Assembly (NCBI RefSeq): GCF_038025025.1
Contig: NW_027117346.1
Coordinates: forward strand, 1,798,001-1,862,000
Source of the DNA: Phyllosticta citribraziliensis
Taxonomy: Eukaryota
Direction of reading: 5' to 3'
Length of the DNA: 64,000 nucleotides
Both the position numbers and the translations under genes were made by a program. Positions within the stretch are counted from its first letter, which is position 1. Each line of letters starts with the position of its first letter. The notes beneath the pieces are model-generated. The model saw only the letters and a list, made by a program, of their open reading frames with translations. It ran no database searches and was not told where the DNA came from. Below are positions 22,664 through 33,043 of the stretch, one piece after another.

Positions 22664-25600
22664 GGTTGGCGTAGTGGACGAGCCGGAGAGGGTCTGAGCA
22701 GCAGGGAGGAGAGCGAAGGTCGGTTGGGTTGTGTTGTAGGTCCAGGTCGTGTCGTGGAGAGGCCGTGAGCGTGACCAACAAGGTAATGTCCGCAACCGTC
22801 AGGCGGCGAGGTCGAAGCGCATAAGGCTGACGGCAAGTGCGGTCCGACGCCGGCTGGGTTCAGCAAAAAGGCAAACGGGCAGCGGGCAGGATGGCGGAGC
22901 GATCAACGATGATGGTTTTTTGGCCGCCTGGTTTGTCCTTGAGAGATGACGATGGGGGTGAGGCCAACGAAAGCCGCGGCGGATCCAACCTTACGGCCGC
23001 CCTCCCTCCTGGCCTCGGGCAGGTGAATAGCGTCGACGCCTACTCCGTGCATGTTGCAAATGCGACCGCCCGTTTCACCTTGACGTAGAGTGGCCCCAAG
23101 CCGCCGCACAATGCGGCGTTGATTGTTCATGTGGCAAACCACGCGGCAAGATGCCCGGTCGTGACAATGCTGCCCGGTGTTGAGGGATCACCTGGACGAG
23201 ACGAGTTGATGCCTGATGCCTCAGGCTCAGCGTTTGCGGCTGCTTCCGAAGAATGCTATTGGGCTTGGATGGCATATGTTCGCAAAGATCTTGGTGCAGC
23301 AGACAGACGGTGCATTCGCTGGTGATTGTGGTTTTTGTCCCAGTCGTAGATAGAACTGGCCTTGTGCCTTTGTCGATTTCCAGCAACCCAAACCTTTCAA
23401 AGAGCTACCGAATCCCCATGCACTTTTGCACGGGATTCGAATGTGCCGAGCAGCTTGTACAGCATTCTAAGTAATCCATTACATATGATATGGGCAAGTT
23501 TCGGGGCTCTCGCCGGGCACTGGAACTGCAAAGCCCCGGTTTTAATAAATGTCGCCGGATATTGGTTGTTCAACTACTGAGATAACGAGAGGATGAAATG
23601 CAGGAAATTCTCGGATCGTAATAATAAGCGCGACAACTTGAAAGTAGAAGTGTCTTGAACCGATGGATATGCGAAACACTGTGGGAGCGCTGTGGCGCAG
23701 CCGATGTCTTCTGCCTCTTCGTCTTTCGAATCGATCTCACTTTAATAGATCGCCTCTTGATTAAGCCCGTCTTCCTCGAAAACCCGCATGAAACGAGTAT
23801 TTCAATGAAAAGGGGTGTTCGCGTCAGCCCGCGATAGTGCTATACGGGCGACACTGTGCAAGGCAACATGAGCAAGCCCAGAGGCTGCCTCGCGAGTTCA
23901 AAAAACTAGATTAATCAAAGAAGAGTCCGTAGACTCGTTTCAGAGATTAAACTGAAAAGAACAGATACTACACTTGATCTGTGAGGCTGTTAGCGTCTTG
24001 CTCAAGGTTGTTTGCAGAAGTCGATGGAAATCTCGACAAGCCACAAGAAGATTGATGTCCTGGTGCTAGACACAATCTACTGTAGGTGCTCTTTCAAGCG
24101 TGCTTGTCGGGGAGAATGTAGGGGGCGGTGGCCGAATCGTGTCGCAACTTTGAGGGCCAGAAAGTCCCCGAAGCAGTTCTCAAACTCAACACCATGAATG
24201 TACATCGTGTGAAAGGCAAAGAGTACGTACCTAAGCCAAATTGGCAAAGAGAGCTAAATCATGGAAGAGAGTCAAGAGTAGCACGGCATTTTATAGTTGA
24301 CGGAGAGTAGAATGTTGACATAATCAAATTGGGTGGTTGGGGCCCCTGGCGCAAAATTTTCATGCTAGGAGCTCCACCTCGGCCCAATCAAACCACGGTC
24401 GCACCGCGGGTGCGTCAGGCATGACGGCAGCATTCCAAACTTTAACCAATCCAAGGGCGAGTCGCAGTGGGACATGGCGTTAAACTGTCGATGGTGTGAT
24501 TGGCACGGCGCGCAAACGGGCGAGGCGAGAGTTCCAGGCTCTGCCGTCTCACAGATCCCTCCTTCATCGAGATGCTGTACGAGGGCTTGTGGAGCCGCTT
24601 GCACAAGTGCGGAATGGTCTGCAGGAGTCGGGTGGTTGGACTGCCGTGCTGCTGCAGTGCCGAGCCGCGGCTTGAGACGGCAGACGGGTGTTGTAATTGG
24701 GCTGAGAGGCCAAGGAGCAAGTAATAATGTGATTGGCTGCTGCTACTGTCCTACAGGAGCATGGCAACAAACACCATGCACTGAGACATAATGGGACAGT
24801 CTCGAGAGAATTTGGGAGCTTGCGTAATCTGGAAGCGAAGGGCGGAAAGGGCTGCGAGAGCCGCGTTCCAAGCCCCTTCGCAGTTGACGAGAAAATCAAG
24901 CGTACGCGACAAGATCCAAGCTCTTTTTTCCACCGCGAGTGGATAATCCAACCATGCTTGTCTTCGGATCCTGTGGTGGTAGTCTCAAGGACTGGACCAA
25001 GCGATTGAGATCAGTCTGTTGACTTGCCGTCGCACGCGACTTGAAGTAACGCTGTTCGTGCACTCCAACCTGCCCTTTGCCGCACCAAAGTTCGTCGTCT
25101 TGCGCCAAAAGGTGTCGCGGAGATGCCGGAGCCGTACCACCAGCGGGCTCGATTGTGTGAGAACGATCCCGACGGAACAACGTCCAGGGACAGCAGGAAC
25201 AGGCAAAATGCCACAGCTCACAGGGCACCTACAGCCAAATCGATTGGATGGTCGACAGAAGATGTTTGGGCGCTACATTTCGAATTAACCCAAGTTGGAA
25301 GTTCTTGGCAATGGTCGCAAATCCATCAACAACAAAAACCGATCACCCGGAGACCCAGCGCCCACGATGTTCACCCGCAGTGCAAAGCCAAGACATCTCG
25401 AGAATATTCGGCGGCTCTTTCTTTGTCTCTTTTGGCAAACTCACTTGACATTGACGATGCCGATGGCAGGAGTACTGCATAGTGGACTGCGGAATATGCT
25501 CTGGTCGGGAACACGTTGTCGTCCTCGAGCTGGGAAAAAAGACAAGTGCTTGGCTGGCCTACGTCTGTATCGGCGCGTTTTGGCACGCGCAGATGGTGGA

Positions 25601-26169
25601 CGATAGAGGGAGATTCCGGTGCTCGTTGTCGGCTCTGGAGCATTCATGTGGGCATTTTGGCTTCTGGCAAGTGGTTGTTTTCAGGCGCAAACATCACCAA
25701 GCAACCAAACAACCAAGGACCCGAACCGAAGCATCCCTTTCTTTCACATGGCCGGACTGGATGTCGACGAAATACTTTCTCTGGTTTGCCACTACAGCTG
25801 AGCGTGCGCAACTCTTGACCCAAAACTCAACTACCTTACAGTTACAACACCTCCACGTGATTTTCGCCCAAGACGCAGGGCATTCCGCTCTCAGGGTGCC
25901 ATCAAAACAGGGCCATCTGCGAATCACTTCCACCATCTTCGCCGCTGGCTTCGCCGGCTGAGCCGACCTCTCCGATGGCCAAATGAGAAGCACAGCCTCC
26001 TTCGGCGATTCAATTCCCTCTTACTGTTCAAGCCCAACGGGTACTTGGAGTGTCCCACTTTCTAGATCCTCTCGTCTTCTCCCACCCTCCGTCCCGTCTC
26101 ACTCGCGCACCTTCTATCATCTCACCGGCCAGAAAAAGCTCTTCGTGGTTACCAAGCACATCGTCAATC

Positions 26170-26440
26170 ATGGGAATTCGAAAACCGAAGGAATCCGATA
26201 CAGGAGAGACCAGCAAAGATGGGGAGATTGCGTCCAAAAAGCAACCAGCGAAGCCTGACGATGCGGTAACGTCTCAGCTATCCCTCATTTCAAAAAGGCT
26301 CTACTGACTAGAGTGATAGTGGGCCAAAAAGTCGGCCTTTGACCACACATTCACGCTGGTTCAGCTGGTCGACATCGTTGGCAAATATCTTTTCCATAGG
26401 TCCAGGAGGTCATTGTCTTCCTGGGTAGGAATCGCTCAGA
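26170..26440 (+). pseudogene. N-terminal fragment (copy D) of the UDG-like/Cys4 family
   Basis: MGIRKPKE..KPDDA, intron at the same position as copy B, WAKKSAFDHTFTLVQLVDIVG (copy B: WSKRSAFDLSFDITQLVNIVS). After a deletion it reads EVIVFLG (copy B: EAIVFLG). Confidence 0.7.
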
Positions 26441-27352
26441 TCTTCTCACATCTTTGATTCAAATACTAATGCTCAAGTTTCTAGGCACGTCATCGGGTTT
26501 TGAATGATTCGACCAACGAATAAAACACATTAAGAGAGGGACTGCGGTATTGGACGATGCAGGTGTGTTGTTGCTAAAACGACGCGTGCCGAGCACCAGA
26601 TGACAGGACTTGACTGTCATCGTGAAAGGGTACGACAGGTAAGCGCACGCGCTTCCAGCGTTCCACCTCAGTTCTGACGACGCGCCCTACTGTGGCAGCC
26701 ACCCCGAAAAACACAAGGCCCAGAATCCCTTCTACGCCCCCAAAATGCGACCCTAGCCACCTTGTCTGAATCTTTCCAAGCAGAAGCAAAAGCCAGACTG
26801 CTCAACTCCCCCCCGAAAGCACAATTTGAGTTGAACGTGCCATACAATCCCCGGTAGTCGCGTGCGCCAACCAGTCCCTCACTCCGCTTCCGAGCTATCG
26901 TCATCACTTTCGCCGTCTGATCCAACCTCTTCGATGGCCAAATGGCCCGCGATGCTCTGGCTGTTCGTGATGCGCAGCAAAGACTCCAACGAGAGAGAAA
27001 GCTGAATGGCAAGTCATCATCCCAATTTGCCCGCAAAGCAGCCATGATACTGATCGAAGTACGCTGCGAATGCGTCAGCACTGAACTGTCTGCCGTTTTC
27101 CGCGCGTTGATCATTGCGCCTACTTCCGGCTACCGAGACCATGCCACTCAGACATTTCCCATTCCCGCCCCAACTATCACGCATTCAATCATTCATCGCC
27201 GTCGTCGTCCCCGCCGTCACTGCCACTCTCTGAATCGACGAAGCCAATTCTTCCGACTTCCCCCATGCTGTCGGTGACACCGAAGAGATCCTCCAAGGAG
27301 GGACTACCGCCGAGGGCGCCCCTCTCGTCGAAACCGAAGGAAGGAATGGGCT

Positions 27353-28526
27353 CTATAGCAGCCCCATTCGCAACATGCAGGCCAATGCAGGCCAGTGGCG
27401 CCAGTATCTCCCGGAGGTCTGGATAGTCGCGCAGGAGGACGCCGTGAACAATGCCACGCGTCAGCTGGTAGCGGCCGGGACGAAAACTGGAATTGTCAGC
27501 CCAAATCAGTTAAAAAAAAAGAAGGGGTGCCATACACGCGCTTCCATCCTGGAAGAAAGAGGAGGAAGACCGCGTCCCCGAACGCTTCTTCAACCTTGTT
27601 GTCGATACTGCCTCCGCTCTTGAGCTCCGGGTACGTCTGCAAGGTGAGCCAGCCGAAGCCCAGGGCCAAATTATTCCTTCTTGACTTCCCTCGCTTAAGG
27701 GCTTGGATATCCTTCAAAGCATTTAGTCCGTCTGGTCCAAAGACTTTGCAGAGGAGCACGAATGCCTTTGCAACCCAATCGACGTCAGTTTCGCCCACAG
27801 TGTCTCCGGAGATCGCAATGAGGTTGGAGATCGCATTGAGGTTGGAGATCGCATTGAGGTTGGAGATCGCAATGAGGTTGGAGATCGCATTGAGGTTGGA
27901 GATCGCATTGAGGTTGGAGATCGCAATGAGGTTGGAGATCGCATTGAGGTTGGAGATCGCATTGAGGTTGGAGATCGCAATGAGGTTGGAGATCAATGAG
28001 CTTGGAGATCGCAATGAGCTTGGAGAGGGCGGCCTTGCATTGGTCGACTTGAACCTGATGCGAGATGTGGGGAAGTTGGCGTGCAATGCGCCCGTGCTCT
28101 CCGTGGCCATTTCCTTTTTAGACGTGTAAGTAAAGAAGCCAAACAAAAGACACATCCAGCAACTCTTACCTCGTCAATCTCCATATCATCCTCGGAAAAG
28201 CCACTACCAGCTGCCGTCGTGCTCAAGGTTGATGTAGCATGAGACGTGCGATCGGAGCCCTCCACGCTCCCACCATTCTCTACAAAGCTTTTGGAGGTAT
28301 CGTCGTCAGAGCTGGCAGTGTTGGAATCCTTGGGAGGAGATCCAAATCCTTCAAAGGTGGACGTTTCGGAGTCCGGTTCGCCGTTCGTCTCAGAGTGGAG
28401 GTTGCGGTACTGTTGGTATGCATCCTCGACAATGGTCAAAACCTTTGTGTACCGAAGGTCGAGCTGGGCCTGGGCCTCAGCGTCATCGAAAAACGAGTCG
28501 ATCGAGTCTCTGATCAATCCCTCCAT
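27353..28526 (-). CDS. Uncharacterised protein with internal hexapeptide repeat ISNL(N/I)A, 3 exons
   Basis: Exon 1 MEGLIRDS..MEIDE|GTAAGA. Exon 2 EMATES..repeat..LPGWKRV|GTATGG..GCTGAC..CAG. Exon 3 FRPGRYQLTRGIVHG..MGLL*. Frame is intact across both introns. Confidence 0.6.
27809..28025. repeat. 18-bp minisatellite GAGATCGCA(A/T)TGAGGTTG, 10 perfect plus 2 degenerate units, with 54-bp higher-order period
   Basis: Variant order A,T,T,A,T,T,A,T,T,A read directly from the sequence. Confidence 0.97.
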
Positions 28527-28829
28527 TTTGGGTTTGGAATGAAGAGATGAAGATGGTGTGGCTAGATGATGTGGGGAAGAGGATGTCGGTCGGTGATGTG
28601 CGAAAGAGGTTGAGAGGTATCCGGTGCGAGAGATGTTTGGTGTTCGGTTTGTTTTGGTGGCAAAGTGCTGAGGAGCCAGGTCGTCCTTTCACAAACATTC
28701 ACTTCAACCATGTGAATGTTTTAATGGCATTTCACACTGTTCAGCTCAATGTGAAAGGGAGATTCAGTCTCTACCAACGACTCATCTACTCTGCACCCAC
28801 ATCCGCTACCGTCTATTGCTCTGCCCTTC

Positions 28830-31151
28830 ATGTTACCCGCAGGCCTCAGCACTTCTTACGCTATGCGCCAGCGTAAGAAGATCCATGAGGTATCTCACAG
28901 CTAATGGACGAACCGAAAAAGCAGCGTGACTGACTCTGAGTAGATCCTACGTTCCCTGAAAAGCCTCGAAATCAAAGAGAGTGACTTTGATGCTCTAGTT
29001 TCCGACATCATACAATGTACGTGAGCAGAATCTTCCTTGATGCGCCAACTAACGGGACTAGACGCTGAGGACCATGGCCTGTCAACATCTGCCTACGACG
29101 AAGCCGTACAACATCAAATGCAAACTACGCGGACCGGCAAGACTGAAATGGCGTCGACAAGGGCGGGAGTTGGTGCTGCAAAACCCCACTCCAGCGACAA
29201 GGCTTAAGCTGTCAAGCGCCAGAGAGGTACACCCAATGGGCTGTCGCATTCAACAACATCACAATCTTCTCTGGTCTCCACGAGTTCGGCTGCACAGGAG
29301 AAAACCCAATACCAGCTACTGATGGATCTTTGGGTGGGGCAGGATGGCGAGGCGGCAAAGGACAAGTAAGAGCCTGGCAGGAGAGGGATAGAGATCATTC
29401 CTGAGGCGAGCGAAGCCAGTAGTCACGTCAGAATCAAGTCCCTGTCCGTATCTTTTGATTTGCATGTGTCGTGATGTGCTATCTGTTGGTTGTGTTTGCC
29501 CAAGGCAATAAACGTGCACAGTTCCGAGGCCAGCCCAGTAACCAACCACACTTGGAGCGGCGTCAACAACACACAAACTGACAGCCGAAAACAAACCACA
29601 CCTCAAGTCAAAATCCTCCTCCATGACATCCACGAAACAATGACTCGTCCACCCAAGATGAAGGCCATTGAAGACGTTTGTTTGCCCCGACCCCAGGAAT
29701 GATACACGCGCTGAAGAAACTCGTGCCAGCTCAAAGCGAAGCTCCTCTCGGAGATTTCGGAGAGCCAGGACCTGCTGAATTACGCCCTTTCCGAGGTCGT
29801 CAAGTGTAAGATGTGGCCCCATAAAGCCAAATGGAGAGAAGGCGGCTCACCAGCCCAGATGGATATGAGAAAGACTTCCAACCGAAGACTCAAGCACATT
29901 TGAGGGCGAGGGCGATGGCTGAGAATCCGCCTCAACAATTGCAAAAGGTGAGCGCAACACTGTTTGACGTGACATGCTTTGTTGACACAATGGTATAGGC
30001 TTTGGACCTCGTCGACAACGGCCTCTTCTTCGGTGCCCCAGATCCAATTGGCATGATGGCAAAACGTAAGAGAATGTTGCTTCCGCGGTGAAGGCATCAG
30101 CTGACTGCCGTAGGCTGCAAAGGCACCAATCTGAATTTTCGTCTGATCTTGTCAAAAGCCGTCGACGCCAAAAAGAATGAGGAAAAGGCGAGAATGGCCG
30201 CGGGAACCTGCGACGACCCCGTTGACTTAACAGATCCGCCCCCAAGTCCGGTAATCCTTGAAGTTGAAGTCAAGCATAAAAGGGAAGAAGACGTCATCAT
30301 CAGCATCTGCCGGGTCTTGGTTATAAATGCCGCCACTCACGCACCCATCTACGGTGGACCAAAGTTTCTCGACAACAGCTGTCACATCGACACCCTCCTC
30401 AAGCTTGGTAGTGTCCTTGGCCTCCACACCATGGAAACAGAACGTGTGACAAACCTTGGGACAATGTTCGCCCTATTCTCCCAGTTGGACTTGTCGCCGG
30501 AGAGCCGAGTCGACGGATTGCGGGATGATATCCGCAATACGGCCTACAACCATGAGACTGGCGCAGAGCCTGGAAAGTATTTCACCATTGCCACCGCGTG
30601 GGAAAAAGTGGCGTCACAGTTCAACGAGACCAGGATATCATCATCTCGGCTGACATGGTGCAAAAGCTGCGGCTGGAGGGCACCATCACCAATGATACAA
30701 TGCTCTGCAATCCTCGAGCCTGTGAGTTTCTATGGGCCGACCAGCTTGCAAGCCGGGCTTGAGGAGACTTTCGGTCAGCGCAACACAGACAAGACTTGCG
30801 AAGGATGTGAGAGCCCGAGCATGACATCCGCCCAAGTGCCTGATACCGGTCCGCCAGAGTACCTGACCTTGGGTGAATGGGCAGACCCATTCCTGAATGA
30901 GCTTTTGCTTGGTGGAGTCAGTGTGCAAGTTCTCAACCTTGACTTGCAAGAAACGAGACAACTACAAGGTCAAGGCGGTCGTCGAATACTTTCAAAAGCA
31001 CTTCGCATTGTGGTGGTACGCTGATGGCGACTCGTGGCAATATGACGACACTCGTGCTAGGGTATCGAAGCAAGAGAAGAAGAGAGGACCTGTGCTATGT
31101 GGAAAAGTTGCCTTGCTCGTGTTGGAGAGGCGACGAGGCGGAAGGTGGTAA
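28830..31151 (+). pseudogene. Decayed multi-exon gene ending in a USP/peptidase C19-like cysteine-protease domain
   Basis: 5' exons ATG 28830, 28944-29016 and from 29062, with premature TAA at 29205. 3' part has GPKFLDNSCHIDTLL (Cys box), CKSC/CEGC zinc fingers and PPEYLTL. After a frameshift near 30955 it reads YKVKAVVEYFQKHFALWWYADGDSWQYDD (His/Asp box). Whether the 5' and 3' parts are one gene is inferred. Confidence 0.6.
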
Positions 31152-31308
31152 TGCGAGCGTCGGGCAAGACACTTCGCAGACTTGTACGCGTTGGGTGCGC
31201 ACATATTCTTATCATCCATGGCAATTCCATTCATAACCAGTCTACTTCCTACAACCTGCTTGCCGGTGGAAATGCCGCCCGGAATGCTCTCAGGGTAAAG
31301 GGTGCGCC

Positions 31309-31946
31309 CTACTTCTTGCTTTTCTTCGCCGACGGCAAAGAAAGGTCGCCCACCGACCGTTTCTTGCCAGGAGGGTGGTCCTTGGACGCGCCAAAGATAT
31401 TCATCAGCAGGTCATACTGGGCGCTGTTTCTCATCTCGCGGGAGGTTGGGGTGCGGACGGGGCCGGAGGTGACGGGACGAGGCGTGGAAAGCGAGCCCGA
31501 AGCATGGCTGTTGCCGCTGACTATTGCCTTTAGTTAGATACTGCTTATAGAAATGTACTCATATAATCTTACCCTTCTTGGGAGTATCGAGCATAGGCTC
31601 CGGCTTGCTAGACACCGCGCTGGCCTTGGCTCCAAGAACCAGCTTCTGCGAAACCTTGGTAGAGATGCCCTTCATGGCCGTTTCTACTCCAGTGAGTCAT
31701 TTGTTGTCCTTAAGACTGAGGAAAATCTTACTCTTGGCGATGCTGCGCAATACGTCGTCCAGCTCGTCTCCGTCCTTGATGGTGTGCACCAAGTTGTCAA
31801 TTTTCTCAATCAAACGTCAGCACCGTGGCTCGAGCAACGCGTACACATCATACCTTCTCGATGTTTCTGAGAGCCTGAAGGGCATCCTTAGCCCGCTTGA
31901 TCTGGGCCTGGTAGCGGGCGGCAAGCTTCTTCGTGCGCTCGGTCAT
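31309..31946 (-). CDS. Small uncharacterised basic protein, 4 exons, paralogous to the 5' part of the 28830 pseudogene
   Basis: MTERTKKLAARYQAQ..IEK|KIDNLVHT..SIAK|KTAMKGIST..PKK|VSGNSH..QYDLLMNIFG..KKSKK*. Three short GT-AG introns with branch sites and an open frame throughout. Confidence 0.65.
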
Positions 31947-32339
31947 GGTTGTTGACGTAAACTGGGCGATGGAGGGTTGTAGAAGGGAGGTCGTGAGGTG
32001 TCCGTTGTTTGGAGTGTTGGGAGGGTGTGGAGGAAGAAAAGTGCTGAGTCTATCATTTGCAGTGTGTCTTGGGAAAGTCATCTGGTATTTGCGGCGATTC
32101 ACAATGGGCAACACACTATTTCACGACAAAAGCTCACACCTCCGCTGGGTCGGCGCAGGCGTGGAAAAACACGGAGAACATGTCTGCCCGCTTATAATTC
32201 AGAGCTTCACAACAAACAAGGTTCAATTTAGTTTCGATTCTGCATTAGATAGCTCATCGAGAAGCTTGCTCATCAAGATTGAAGTCAAACCCCCAGATCT
32301 CGGTGGAATGATACGGCCGGCAGGTGGTGAAGGAAGCTC

Positions 32340-32645
32340 CTCCTTCCATGGTGTGTAGGCCAAGTATGCTGGCAAGCTTGGGGAGGGTGTCAATTAGACC
32401 GCTTGGTCCGCCGTAGATGGGAGTCTTAGCAGAGGCAGTTGTAGTCAAGACCTTACAGATGCTGGTGTGACATCTACTTCTTCAAGGTGCTTGACTTTAA
32501 TACCAAAGGGCTCCAGACTTGCAGGCGGGTCTGTCAAGTTGATGGGATCGTCACATTCGCCGTGGCCATTAGCCCTTTCTACTTGTCCTTTTCAAGCTCG
32601 GTTCCGAAGGGCTGAGATGCGTGTCAGGTCAATCGGATTCCCTCG
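32340..32645 (-). pseudogene. Inverted paralogous fragment of the USP-like domain N-terminus, catalytic Cys deleted
   Basis: CDDPINLTDPPAS..IKVKH..SICKVL..PIYGGPSGLIDTLPKLASILGLHTME versus CDDPVDLTDPPPS..VEVKH..SICRVL..PIYGGPKFLDNSCHIDTLLKLGSVLGLHTME. Confidence 0.8.
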
Positions 32646-33043
32646 GTGATCGCCCGCAGCTGTCGCGTCGTGCAACCCGGGCCTCAAGCAGTCGGAGTTG
32701 ATGACTTTCAAGATGACTTGGACATCTCAGCATTCATAAGTCTAGCAAAGAAAGGCTCATATCTGACTGTTGAGTCTTTCCTCCACATCAAATCCCCCGC
32801 CCATCCATTGCCCACGCCACCCAAAACGCCATTCGCTATGCAGCAGCGAGCAAGCAAGCAAGCAAAATATCCAGCCCAGATATCAAGGGAGGTGGGTAGC
32901 TTTGAGCCAAAAGCAGAGAGAAGCTTTAGTGACAAGAAAGAAAAGGTGGAAAGTTTCGCTTCGACGCCAAACAATTTCGTTGTGGCTCTCCGTGAAGTTG
33001 TAGAGCAAAAAAGCAAAGACTTCTGCAGGCCAACCTCATTGAC

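Noticed and set aside
23000..25900. Many short ORFs in a long gene-free stretch
   Set aside because: No recognisable motifs, consistent exon chain or RNA-gene signature; treated as intergenic or unrecognisably decayed
27809..28025. CRISPR-like regular repeat array
   Set aside because: Units are contiguous with no unique spacers, the host is eukaryotic and there are no cas genes; it is a minisatellite
27395..28129. Plus-strand ORF with RLEIAL/RLEIAM repeats
   Set aside because: Antisense shadow of the stop-free minisatellite; the minus strand has ATG and splice signals giving a coherent gene
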